From assembly GCA_038087875.1 (NCBI GenBank), contig CM075998.1, forward strand, positions 6,388,001-6,452,000: 64,000 nucleotides of DNA, in the 5' to 3' direction. The stretch's first letter is position 1. Every line of letters starts with the position of its first letter. The position numbers and the translations under genes were made by a program. The stretch is from Malacoraja senta (Eukaryota). This document shows positions 49,101 to 61,856 of the stretch, in pieces. The notes beneath the pieces are model-generated. The model worked only from the letters and a program-made list of their open reading frames with translations, ran no database searches and was not told the origin of the DNA.

Positions 49101-51163
49101 CATTTAAGAAACAGTTAGACAGGTACATGAATTGGACAGGTTTGGAGGGATATGGACCAAATGCTGGCAAGTGGGCCAAAGGGCCTGTTTCCATAGTGTA
49201 TCACTCTATGACTCTAACCTGGGTATTATCTCACTCATTTCTAAACAAGGACCCAAACTCGCAGCAGCTTTCACAGACTATAATTTACATCTAAAACTAA
49301 ATCTATGAAATACACATTTTCATGTATTTGAAAAACCACACTGGTTTTATGGGCCATCTATTTTTCCACAAAAAACAGGAACATATGCAATGCTGTCTTT
49401 ACAGATTTTGCAGCAAATAGATTATTTTGCAGCATTTATATGATGCTCACATGTACAGGTGCTTTGGTGAAGAAAACTTTATTAAAGATCGAACAAACAA
49501 CATTTTATGCTCCAGTATCCAATATTTAATCTGTTACATTGCATACAAATTGACTGCGGCTATAGATTAAACTGTATTTAATTGTTCTAGAGAGGAGCAT
49601 CAGTCGACGGAACCATGCCAATCCATGGCCATTGCCTCTTTTGCAACATTAGCCGATTCTTCCCCGACCTCTACCCCTCTACTGGTGAAACACTGATCCA
49701 TGCCGTTGTTATCCAAAAACGTAACTGTTCCAATGCACTTCAGGTGAGCCTTACTCTCTGACAAAGATTCATCAACCTCAAACATCAACTGTTTTCTCTT
49801 TTAACAGATGCTGCCTGACCCATTGATCATTAATCCTGATTTTTCTCTCCTTAAAGTAGAGATCACAAAATCAAAAACATGGACTATCACCTTGTGCTTA
49901 TATTAACCCCTGTTTAAACAGTGCATTTTTTTTTAAATCACACCCTCATTTTCAAATCCCTCATGCTCTTTCCTCTCTTTCCCCCCCCCCCCCCACCAAA
50001 GCATATCCATTTGTCTAATTGAGGGCACACATCTCTGCCATCCCTCCTCCCTCGCTTCCATTCGCCCCATTTTAATTGTTGCAACGGCACCAGTTAAGTC
50101 ATCAGTTGCCAGGGACCTACAGTTGTGGAATCTGGAGCTCTACAACTCCCCAACTTTCTTTATCTCATGGGCTCCTTAAAATCTACTGTTCACCAACCTT
50201 TTGGTCATTTACCTTTAATTCCTTACAATGCACAATACTTTTTTTTCTATATAAATGTCCCTTTACGTTCCAATGAAGCACCTTGGGTCATTTTCACGTA
50301 CTGAAGAGGATTTAAAAGCCACGTGGACAAGTATATGGATAGGAAAGGTTTATAGGGATATGGGCCAAATGCAAGCAAATGGTGTATTTTAGTTGGCATG
50401 GGCAAGTTGGGCTGAAGGGCCCGTTTCCATGCTGGTAGACTCTATGGCAGTGTATACAAATATTTTATCGTCAAGAACCGTGTGAGAACTTTGGTCACGA
50501 ATGATGCCAGGGATGCCTAGAAAGTGTGGCGTTGGACAGGGTACCCCTCCAAACATCCATTCCTGTGACTTGACAAGTCTAGTATTGCTAGGCTTTGTAC
50601 AATCAAACATTCAGAATGACCACAATTACCACGACACCCCTATTCATTACATTGGTGTGTTCTTCAATGACAAATCTGAGAGCAAATTGGTCTAATTTAA
50701 AGAGAAATGCAGAGTATAATACCTCAGATGCTAGAAATCAGAAATTTAATTGCTTCGTGGGCAAATTTACTTTTACTTCTTTCAACTTTGTATTCTATAT
50801 CGATTGCTCACAACATGGTCTCTGCTACAATGAGGAGACCAAACAAACAGGGCAAATGCTCAACAGAACACTTCTATTAGGTTTACAAGCGAGACCAAGT
50901 TTTGAGATGACTAACATTATATTGAATTGAATTCTCTATCACAATGTAATTCCTTGCTTGTATATCCATGGTATGCAATAGCTGCTACATAACGGGCACC
51001 GACAAAGTTACAAAGTGACCCACACCAGTTTCCCCCCCCTCCCCGTCAGGTCCTCCCAGTCCACACCAGGTCCTCCCCCTCCCCATCCCGACGGTCCCCC
51101 CACACCTATACTGTGACCTCTGCACACCCCTGTCCAGTTCTAATGAAGCAGCACCTTCTCTTT

Positions 51164-51363
51164 NNNNNNNNNNNNNNNNNNNNNNNNNNNNNNNNNNNNN
51201 NNNNNNNNNNNNNNNNNNNNNNNNNNNNNNNNNNNNNNNNNNNNNNNNNNNNNNNNNNNNNNNNNNNNNNNNNNNNNNNNNNNNNNNNNNNNNNNNNNNN
51301 NNNNNNNNNNNNNNNNNNNNNNNNNNNNNNNNNNNNNNNNNNNNNNNNNNNNNNNNNNNNNNN
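51164..51363. other. Assembly gap (200 N)
   Basis: Run of N. Confidence 1.
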
Positions 51364-51540
51364 TGTGGTGACTGGTGTAGATGTTGATGGGGTCATCATG
51401 GTGTGCACAGTTCCCATTGCCGAATGGCGATTTCCTTGATGAGGTTTCAGTTTCAAGTGGTGGCCAGGATTTTCATGGTTTTTTGCCACCTTGTCGCCTC
51501 TTTCCGAAAGAATATTTTTCATTGGCATCCAGGGGCCTTC
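51364..51540 (-). CDS. Candidate IGFBP exon 2 (linker), truncated by the gap
   Basis: Acceptor ttcacattcttgcag and an open frame EGPWMPMK...TMMTPSTSTPVTT running into the gap. That frame is phase 0 while exon 1 ends in phase 1; it fits only if the AG 4 nt downstream is used. Confidence 0.4.
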
Positions 51541-51699
51541 CTGCAAGAATGTGAATAGACCAGTCAGTAGAGAGCCCAAGATCACACTGTCTCAATGTAA
51601 GATTTAAAAGCACACTTGTCTCACAAAGCCTACGTATTCCTAAGCACACAAGGTATTCGTTGAATTATTGCAGGAAGCTCGAGCTTTCACACCGCTTAT

Positions 51700-52130
51700 A
51701 ATAATATTATAATAATAAAGCTTTATTTCAGACACAGGTCCATAGAACACATCAAACAGTATAAGGAGATACAAAAATACATATAAAATTGCATATTAGC
51801 CTATAAGATATACAAGCTATTGCACCAATGCCGTCTTAGCCTAGAAGTGAATCTATAGCAGCTTTTCAGAGGGCTGACTAGGGCTTCAATTATGTGGTTC
51901 TCCGACTTATCCAGGCGACACATGAAACTAAACATCAGCTGTCTTAAGAGTGTCTCACAGGTTGGCACTCTAGTGGACACAAACAATTGACTGGCACTAT
52001 GCCATCTAGGGACACGAAGTAGCAACCTCATTGCATCATTGTATGCTACCTTGAGCCTCTGCATACTCTTTTTCTTATAATTAGACCACAATTGAGCAGT
52101 ATATAACGGTGTGATGTAGGTTCTGAACCT
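51700..52130 (-). mobile_element. RTE-X-like LINE 3' end with (TTA)n-like tail
   Basis: FRTYITPLYTAQLWSNY...RLKVAYNDAMRLLLRVPRWHSASQLF..., a typical RTEX ORF2 C-terminus. Confidence 0.7.
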
Positions 52131-53719
52131 AAGATTATGAGAGATCATCTTATGATAAACCCGCAATTGGATCAGCATATTGGGCAACAAAAACATGAGA
52201 AACATACGAACCATTTCACCCTACAATGAACAAATGCCACTTACCATACAAGTGTTAGTGGGAGCAAAGAGAAACTCTTGCAATAACACTTTTCGTCAGC
52301 AGGGGGATCTCAATCGATTTGGGCTAATGGATTCACCCCAAATTTGTAGTTAACTTTTTTTTTGACAGAAGTGTATGTCAGTCATAGCTCAGAGATCGCT
52401 CGCTCACCTCTGAACCAGAACGACACAGGCTCAACTCGCACTTTAGGGAAAGACATAATGCAGGTTAACATCCCCGGCACAGTGTTGCACTGCCAGTGGT
52501 GCTGCCTTTCAGATCAGACGCAAACTAAGCCTCCCCCTCTGCTCACTCAACGGCACTATTTCAAAAGCAAGTTGGGGAGCTTTGTCCACTCTCTGTACCT
52601 TTATTCAATCAATCAATGGTGTTTGTGGAAGCTTCTTGTACATAGGCTACCACATCTTTTTACATAACATAACTTCACTTCCAGACACACTACACTTAAT
52701 TGGGATAAGGACAGTATTCAATCTGCCTTTTAGATACCAGTACAAACATTACAACATGTCATAGAATGCACATGATAGAACATGTAGATCGTTCCACTTT
52801 AGAAGGAAATTGAAATAATTCACTAAACATTTTTTGAAGGAATAATCCTTGTTTCAGCATTATGACAACTTGCAACTTGAAAAATAAGAAATCCAAAGCC
52901 TTCCTCCAGTTTTTCTCCCAGCAAAAGAGATATTATTTAGAAGATAGAGACAAAATGCTGGAGTAACTCTGCAGCACAGGCAGCATCTCTGATGAGAACG
53001 AATGGGTGACGTTTCGGGTCGAGACCCTTCTTCAGGGGAGATGGAGACAAAGATAAGGAAATGTAAGAGATCAAAAGAGATGAAGATCAAGGAAATGTAG
53101 AATAGATCATTGTTAGATAGGAGAAGGTGACAACAAAGTAAACAGAGAGAAGAGGCGAGGTACCTCGCAGTGTCAGTCCAGTCAGTAGTTTGGTGGAGGG
53201 ACATCTCCAATACAGATTCCCAACACGGATCCACTGTCCCTGCATCGTGACCTGCTTCCCCAAGACTTCATTATATAAAGTCTCAAATATGTCATAAGAC
53301 CATTAGATTTAGGCCATTCAGCCAATCAAGTCTGCTCCACCATTCGACCACGGCTGGTCTATTTTCCCTCTCAACCCTCTTGAATGTTCAGCCTACTATG
53401 AGAATGCAGCAGTTGAATGGCGGAGTAGACTTGATGGGCCGAATGGCCTAATTATGACCTTCGATCAAGATGGAACTCCGTTGAATGTGTCTGGATGGCA
53501 AGTTCTCGTACAGTGAAGCTCTCGCACCGGGAGCTTGCCATCCAGACAAGGTCGGGGTGTGAAGAAGGGTCTCGACCTGAAACATTACCCATTCCTTCTC
53601 TCCATAGATGCTGCCCGTCCCACTGAGTTACTCCAGCGTTGTGTGTCCGGCATATATTTAAGAGAGTTGCATCTTGATGTAGATTCACCGCTCACTCACT
53701 CACGCACTCACTCACTCAC

Positions 53720-54050
53720 CCGTGTGCTGGAGCTGGTTGCGGCGCTTGACAGAGCGGCACACGCCGCGGCCTTGCAGCAGCGCCTGTAACGGTGCGGGCT
53801 GCCCGCCTCGGGGCCCGCACCTGAGGCCAGAGGCGCAGCGCTCGGTGTACACCCCGCACGCCGCTCCCTCCGCCAGCGCGCATGTCAGGCAGCAGCCGCA
53901 GCCGGACTCTCTCACCAGCTCGCAGCCCCTGGGGGGGTGGCAGGACGCCACCTCCTCCTCACTGCACCCGCCGCACTCGATCATCGCCGCCAGCGCACCC
54001 AGCCGGCTGCACAGTCCGAGCCCAGCGAGCAGCACGCACATCCCGAGCAT
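53720..54050 (-). CDS. IGFBP6: IGFBP exon 1: signal peptide and IGF-binding N-domain (12 Cys)
   Basis: [21 protein letters not shown]...[36 protein letters not shown]...[12 protein letters not shown]; donor ACG G|gtgagt. IGFBP family is certain; the paralogue call rests on synteny and the C-domain. Confidence 0.8.
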
Positions 54051-54105
54051 TGTTTGCAGCAGCTTGAATGCTCCACGACATTGCTCAGCCTGCTATTCCC
54101 CCTCT

Positions 54106-54197
54106 TTTTAAATAGGCAGGCAAGGGCAGGCCCCAGAATCTGAATAAGTAAGAGATTATTTAAATCACACAGGGAGGGAGGACGAGTTATGTACGTG
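54106..54197 (-). promoter_or_regulatory. Putative IGFBP proximal promoter (TATTTAAA at 54107-54114; TACGTG at 54192-54197)
   Basis: TATA-like motif about 56 nt upstream of the ATG; RCGTG hypoxia-response-like core nearby. Motif-level evidence only. Confidence 0.4.
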
Positions 54198-55658
54198 ACA
54201 GGGTGCCCGCTCCTTGTTCGCATGGCTTGTGAATGGGATGGTCTGACTCTGCATGCAAAAAGTTTACTCACTGCTAATGAACTTTTCATATTTTGTTTTA
54301 ACTTGTTTTGGTTTTTGGATTACACGATTGCTTTTGGTAACCACTTTTTAAATAAGCATATTGTATTCATAAGTATTTTATAAGTACTTATTTCTTCTTA
54401 TCTCGATAAGTTTTAATGTAGATTTAATGTAATGTTTTCAAATTGGCTATGTCTTCCAGATAAGCACTTTCTGATATGTGTTTATTTCAGGTAGAAGTTT
54501 TTATTTCTAGACATTTCATGTTGAGAAAAGGTATTTTCGGGTGTAAATATTTATTGTAGGCAACTATTTCTTTGGATAGGCATTTTCAAGTATAAGTTTT
54601 TGGTATTTACAATTTGTATTTCGATTTAACAATTTATTGTACAGTTATATTTGAAAGTGCCTACTTTCAGATATTTACTTTGAATCTCAGTATTTATTTG
54701 GGCTGTACATTTTGCATAAAAGTATTTTCATCCTAATTATTACTTTAATTATTTTATATAGTTATTTTTAAACATTTTTTTTGAAGCTAATCCTTGGGAA
54801 GTTAGAATTGCCAGCATTTATTCCTCATGCTATTGCTCTTGTGGAGCTGGTGATAAGCCCTTTTTTTTTAAACCACCACAGCCCCTGTGGCGAAAGTACT
54901 CCCACGCTGCTGTTAGATAGGGTATTCCAGGATTTTGACTCTTCTGCGATGATGAAAGAACTAATATTTGTTCAAGTCAGAAGGTGGTTGTAGAAGCCTC
55001 CAATAGATGGAACATGCTGTAGCTACAGTGTGCCTGTGATGGACAGACTGAGCATTTAAAGCAATAGATGGGTACAAATCGAGCAGATTGCTCTGTCAGT
55101 ATTTCTTAGATGTTGTGAGAGCTGAATGCATTTGGGCATGTGGATTATAATCCTGACATGAATTATTGCTGGTGGAAACATTCTGAGGAACTAGGAAGGG
55201 AGCCATTTGCTTCAGAATAATGTGGTATTTATTCACTTTTTAAGGTTACTTATTCATCCCAGTAATTTTGTAAAAGAACAAATAAAAGCATTTCATGGAT
55301 GCCAATTTTCAATGCCTTGTTAATTTTCTTATCTCAATTGGACATTAAAAAAGAGGCCATTCAGCCCATCAAGTCTTGCTGGGTCACGGAGCAATCCCAC
55401 CTTTTCACCTACCCTACCTGCTTACCTACTCTCTCTCATACTTGTCAATTTCCTGTGATTCCCCCACCTTATTTAATTAACCTACCAACAAGGATGTCTT
55501 TGGGATGTGGGAGGAAGCCAGAACACCTACTAGAAACCCTCTCAGTCACAGAGAATCACTCCACATAGGGAATGCTGAGGGTCAGGAACACACCTGGTTT
55601 ACTGACGCTATAAGGCAGAACCATTATGTGCTGTACCACCCTTATAATAGGCATGTCA

Positions 55659-55787
55659 AACAACAAATGTTTAGTTCATTTTCAAAGAAAGATTTTCTCT
55701 TGCATTTATATTGTGCCTTTAGTGTCTGTGCACAATATAAATGCAAGAGAAAATCTTTCTTTGAAAATGAACTAAACATTTGTTGTT
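55659..55787. repeat. Perfect inverted repeat: 58-bp arms, 13-nt loop
   Basis: 55659-55716 is the exact reverse complement of 55730-55787. Confidence 0.97.
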
Positions 55788-58317
55788 AGTTCATTTTCAA
55801 AGCCAGATATTGTCTGTTCTTAACAGTACAATTAAAAAATCTATCCATTTCAAGTTTTACAGCAATATTCCTTCCTTTAACTGCTGCAATTGTCCTGTTA
55901 AGCAGGGGTCCAGGAGTTTACTGGATGTTGCATCAGACACAATCCCTCAGAGCACTTGTGATTGAGCTCCAGGGGATTTAAGGTTGTCTGTAGCTATATA
56001 TTTTATTTCCTCTTTTTTTTCAGCTACAGATTTGTGGTCTAATAATTCCTGCTGTCTAAACTGGTGTCTCATTATATAACCGTCTGAACATGGAAATAAC
56101 AGCGGGAAAACACAGAGGTTTGCAAGCTCTTTGTGCAAAAGCTATCAGACCCTTGTCAAATTAATGCTGCAATATGTACAACATTACTTCAGTACAAATC
56201 TTGCATGGGCTCAGGGTGAAATTTAGCGCAGTTGGTTCCTTCATTTAGCATCTTTTCTCAGAAATGTTGTGCGGATCACATTATTTTAACTATCCATTCA
56301 TTTAACAGAAATATACTGACGTTCAGCATTAGCAGGACTCGTGAGCACCCAATGTACCAGATGGCAAAAGTATTTTCCTCTATAGTGGGTGATGCAATAA
56401 GGCAGACTGTTGCTATTCAATGTGCAGTCTATGGTTAGAGAGAGAGAGAGAGAGAGAGCTTCCCATTGGGGAAACTGATGCAACAAGCTAACTGCGATTA
56501 TCAACCTTAAGAAATTAGGGGTAATCACGGCATTTGAAACAAAGCATATAACAACTGCCACCTCCCAGTGCTACGCCACACATTTGCTGGCTGAAAAATA
56601 CATTTCTGAAAAGCTGGATGTAGTATTAAGCAACTTTTTAAAAACATTTTTGAAGGTTAATCCTCTGTAAACAGCAAACTTTTATATCAGAGCCACCAGT
56701 AAAATCTCTAACATTACATCTGTAATCAGGGACTTGAGTTGTCCGTGTCACAGTAAGTACATCAACATTTAGTTTAAATCTACTCACAACTACAATTCAC
56801 ACACAGTCCCTTCGTTCATATAAATCACAGCTGATCAGGTAGAGCAGATGCCTCACAGCGCCAGACACCCAAGTTTGATCTTGATCTTGGTGCCTGTCTG
56901 TGTGGAGTTTGCACGTCTCCCTGTGACCATGTGGGTTTTTCCTCTGGATGCTCCTGCTCCTGTTTCCTCAACACATCCCACAGATGTGTGGGTTTGTAGG
57001 TTAATTGGCCTCTGTAAAAAAATGCCCCTAATGTATAGGCAGAGGGATAACAACGAACTAGTGTGAATGGGTGATCAGTCAGCTTGGACTCGGTGGGCCG
57101 AAGGGCCTGTTTCCATGATGTATCACTGAACTAAATTATCTTCTCCATCGATGTGCCTTGATTTTGTATCCCTTAATAGGTTAACCTAACAAAAATCTGC
57201 CCTTCATTTTTGAAATTTTCAATTGACCCTAATCCTTGGCTGCAACTTAGGGGGAGAAAGTAGTATGGAGAACTGCTTTCCTACATTACATTACATTGAC
57301 TGGACTTAAAGTTCTTCACTTGCTGTAAAACAATTCAAAACATCCAGACATTGTGAAATGTTTTGCACAAATGCAAATCAGAACTTCTATTACCGTAGAA
57401 CAGATCAGCTTTAAAAAATATTGTTCTGGATCTTCCTCACTCAATAGACTACTCATTGTTTGTCCCGGTTCACTGAAATGGTTGCAAACTATATGAATTT
57501 AATTAACGACAGTAACTCGTGCTCCGGTAATTAATTGGAAAACTGCAGATTATTTCCTGAAAGTTCAAATGTGCTCTCCATTAGATGGCAGTCTATCCCG
57601 TTAATCAGTGCTACTCAAAAGCTGTTACTGAAAGATCCTCCCAACTAAAGATACTAGATACTCTACGATCTTTGCTCCCAAACACTCATTAGACTGCTGC
57701 TAGAGATCCATTCTCAGGGATGGTACACCACATTGTTAATGAGACACAGGTTGATAGATGGGATTTTCCTCACAGGGTGGAAGGAGACAAGGGTGGGGGT
57801 GACTATGCTAGGTATGGTCTACAGTTCGTAGAAGCGAGGAGCTACAGATGCTGGTTTACACAAAAGGACAACAAAGTTCCATCCAGGGACCCCAGCAATC
57901 CTTCCAGGTGAGACAGAGGTCCACATGCACCTCCTCTAACTTCATCTACCGCATTCGGTGTTCCAAATGTGGCCTTCTGTACATCGGCGAGAGGTAACCT
58001 CTAACAACTCCCCCTCCCCTTACGCCCCCACCCCCCCCCTTTTCCCCACCTCCCTCCCCTGTGGCCCACCTGAATGCACATTTTCTTCCTCCCCCTCCTA
58101 CATTCCTTCCTCTGGCTTCACAATTTGCAGTTCTTCAGTCCTTCGTCCCTCACACCTACTGTTCTAATCTCTGGCCTTTGTTCCAACCATCTGACTATAA
58201 AAAAAACCCTCGCCTGTGTCCACCTGCCACGCTTTGTCCTGTCGCTCCTCTCTCCCAGGTTTCTTTCTCCCACTCCCTAACACAATCAGTCTGAAGAACT
58301 GAAGTACCGACCTGAAA

Positions 58318-58885
58318 TAATAGACCATAGACAATCGGTGCAGGAGTAGGCCATTCGGCCCTTCGAGCCAGCACCGTCATTCAATGTGATCATGGCTGAT
58401 CATCCCTAATCAGTACCCCGTTCCTGCCTTCTCCCCATAACCCATGACTCCGCTATTTTTAAGAGCCCTATCTAGCTCTCTCTTGAAAGCATCCAGAGAA
58501 CCGGCCTCCACCGCCCTCTGAGGCAGAGAATTCCACAGATTCACAACTCTCTGTGAGAAAAAGTTTTTCCTCATCTCCATTCTAAATGGCTTACTCCTTA
58601 TTCTTAAACTGTGGCCCCTGGTTCTGGACTCCCCCAACATCAGGAACATGTTTCCTGCCTTTAGCATGTCCAAACCCTTAATAATGTTTCAATAAGATTC
58701 CCTCTCATCCTTCTAAATTCCAGAGTATACAAGCCCAGCCGCTCCATTCTATCAACATATGACAGTCCTGCCATCCCGGAAATTAACCTGGTGAACCTAC
58801 GCTGCACTCCCTCAATAGCAAGAATGTCCTTCCTCAAATTTGGAGACGAAACCTGCACACAATACTCCAGCTGTGGTCTCACTAG
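58318..58885 (-). mobile_element. HER1/CR1-like LINE 3' fragment
   Basis: RPQLEYCVQ..SP...GESRTRGHSLRI...FFSQRVVNLWNSLP plus 3' UTR and tail. Confidence 0.9.
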
Positions 58886-58889
58886 TTAG

Positions 58890-59175
58890 CTTCCCACATC
58901 TCAGGTGAATGCAGACATTAATGATGAAATTCACCACTGTATCAGCGTATCCTTTGGTCAATTAAAGGAAAGGGTGTTTGAAGATTAAAAACTTAGTCCT
59001 AGCACAAAATCCATGGTCTAGCAGGAGTAATCCCTGCCCTCATACATGGACATATTTCCCCTCCAATGGAAATATATCATTAAAACGGTCTCTGCAAATC
59101 CTCCAAAGTTTCTGGAAGTTTAAGTGAACCGATGTCAGTGTCCTCTTCAGACCAATATCCCCAGTGTTGAAGTTT
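58890..59175 (+). mobile_element. Decayed RTE-like LINE fragment
   Basis: FGQLKERVFED.KLSPSTKSMV resembles RTE ORF2; heavily mutated. Confidence 0.45.
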
Positions 59176-59200
59176 GAGTAATACTCCCCCTCTGACCTTA

Positions 59201-59388
59201 AAACTATGCCCTCTACTCTTTGGCATAAACCTATGCCCTCTAGTCATTGACATAATCCTATGCCCTCTAGTCTTTGACAATAAAGTTCTGCCCTCTGGTC
59301 TTTGATATAAAGCGCTGCCCTCTAGTCTGACAGTAAGCTATGTCCTCTTGTCTATGAGGTAGAGTTATGCCCTCTAGTCTTTGACATT
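59201..59388. repeat. Degenerate tandem repeat, about 27 bp x 7 (CTATGCCCTCTAGTCTTTGACAT...)
   Basis: On the - strand it encodes repeated SKTRGH, the CR1 ORF2 motif. Confidence 0.8.
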
Positions 59389-61856
59389 TCATTACAATCA
59401 GCCCTCCTTCTAAACACAAATATAGATCTAACTTTATTAACCCTGTCATCCCAGGAAATAGCCATGTGAATCTTTTCTGGACTGCGTCCCATGCCAGTAC
59501 ATGTATATTTTCTTAAAGGGACCAAAGATGTACACTGTTCTCCAGTTGTTGGTTGCCTCACCAACATCCTCTACAACCATAACAATACTTCCCTATCTCT
59601 CAACTCCTGTGCAATAAAGACCAAAATGCCATTTGTCTTCCTAGTTGCTACACCTGCATGCTAACCTTTTGTTTTTCATGAACACAAACAATCCCTCTGT
59701 ATTCCAGTCATTTGGTAAATAATCTGCCTTTTGATTTCTCCTTTCGAGTTGCATGACGTCACGCTCTCCCACTGTCCATTTGCCAAGTCTCTGCCCACTC
59801 ACTCAACCTATCAGTATCCTGTTACAGAGCCCAAATATCCTCATTGTAGCATGCCCTCCCACTTATTTTCGTGTCATTAGCAAACTTGGATATTGTACAA
59901 TTTGCCTCCTCCTCCAAGTCATCAATATAAACAATAAATAATTGAAAGACAAGAGCTGATCCTTGAAGTACTCCACTAGTTAAATCGTTTCAGCCTGAAA
60001 ATGGCTCATTTATTCCAATTGCATGTCTTCTATATATTCTTCAATCAATGTTCATGTACACCCTCCAATGTGAATGATACTCTTGAGCCTCAACCCTTTA
60101 TGTGGAACCGTACCAAATTCCTTCTGGAAATCTAAAACACGTGCCCCTCCATACAACTCTGCCTGTTACATCTTCAAAGAACTCGAGCAAATCTGTCAAA
60201 CATGATTTACTACTTATGAAACCATGTTTATTGGTTTGATTGCATTAAGCTTCTCTAAACGATTAGCTATATCTTCATAGAGTCCAGCATCTTGCCAGAT
60301 ACAGGTATTAAGTGAAATGGTCTATAATTTCTCGTTTTTTGTCTCCTTCCTTTCCCACTGCTTCTTTCTGATGCAGCGTGGATAGAAGACGTTATACTGA
60401 AGAAGGGTCCCGACCCAAAACGTCGCCTATCCATGTTCTCCAGAGATGCTGCCTGGCCCGCTGAGTTACTCCAGCACGCTGTGTCTTTTTCTCACACTAC
60501 TTTCAGCCACACTTGCCTGATGAGATTCAGCCTTCCACTTGGATTTCTTATCAGTAAAATAATGACAATCAAAGTCTTTGAAGGTGATCTTAATTAAAGA
60601 AATTAACTGTGTTATTTTCATGCTGGAAATGTGTTCAAGTTGGACTTTTCCTTCTAACAATGTTGCAGTTGTGATTTAGCGGTTTAACAGAAACTTGGCA
60701 TTCCACTTTTTAAAAAAGAATGCCACAAATACTTTATGGTACAGTGACTCTATCTATTTTGATAGCAGTGTTCTTTTTTAAAATACTATTATTCTTTTAT
60801 TGCAATGTTCCTCAGACATTTAGCCAAAAGCTTTTACTGACTGACTAAGTGATTATAAAACAAACCTAGAAATGTAATGCTGCTTTGCAAATGGGTGTGC
60901 AGAAAGTAACTAGGGACTTTAAATGCATCTGTTAAGAGTCCATACATTTACATAATTGGGAAACATTGGTCTCAGAATCAATCTTTCTGAAACTCCACTT
61001 TCCAATCTTTGTTAATCAGAATTACTTTAAATTCCTATTCTCTGTTTCACAGAAAGCTTGTTATCCATTCTACTTCTCTAACTCCACACATTGTGACTTT
61101 TGACGTGTCTACAATGTGGTATTTTGGAGATTATTTTGGGAAATCCAAATATATTATGCTCTTATGTATCCTTCTGCTGCCTTTTGAAAGAATGGTTGAT
61201 CAAGTGTGACCTTCCCCTATGCAATCCCTGCTGCGTAACGTATTCTTTATTACGTTTTCAGCTTGGAGTTTTATTTACCTAGTGCATTTTTGAACAACTC
61301 TGCCACCATCTTTCTTATCGCTGATGCTAAACAAAATGGTTTATCTTAAGCTTAAAATATTCTATACAAGTCTTATCCTTCCTAAATATATCAATGATCT
61401 TATCTTTACTGCCTTAAAATGTCTTTATATTCTTTTAAATCTCTTCTTCTAGCTCTTCTATTTGTATTCTCAATGCGCACTAAGGAAAAGTAGTTTGTAA
61501 ATATTTATATCATTTTGTTATAACTATGAGATCTTACTGTGTGGTCTTCTCATCTTTGTTTTTTGCTTTTGTTATTTATGTGTCTTAGAATATTATTTAT
61601 TTGCACATCCTTTAATAAAATAATTCTGTAGTTTCTCTTTTTTTATGGGTGAGATTTTCCTAAACTTTTCAGTGCCTTTATGTCATCCTTCTAATTTGTT
61701 TTTGTATTTTTCTTTGGCTGAAATTTTGCCATACTTCATTCATTCATGGTGTGTCATTACTGGCAAGTCTGTTCTTGCTTTATAAGAGGATACATTTCTC
61801 TTGGACTCCATTAATCATCTCTTTAAAAATATTTCTCACCTCTTCTAAATCACATG

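Noticed and set aside
53164..53251. 88-nt open segment as an extra IGFBP exon (GHDAGTVDPCWES...)
   Set aside because: No polypyrimidine tract, weak donor, and its phase-2 end gives a stop when joined to the 51540 acceptor.
53720..54050. Calling the gene IGFBP5 or IGFBP3
   Set aside because: The N-domain alone suggests it, but the C-domain residues and adjacency to SOAT2 favour IGFBP6; kept as a caveat.
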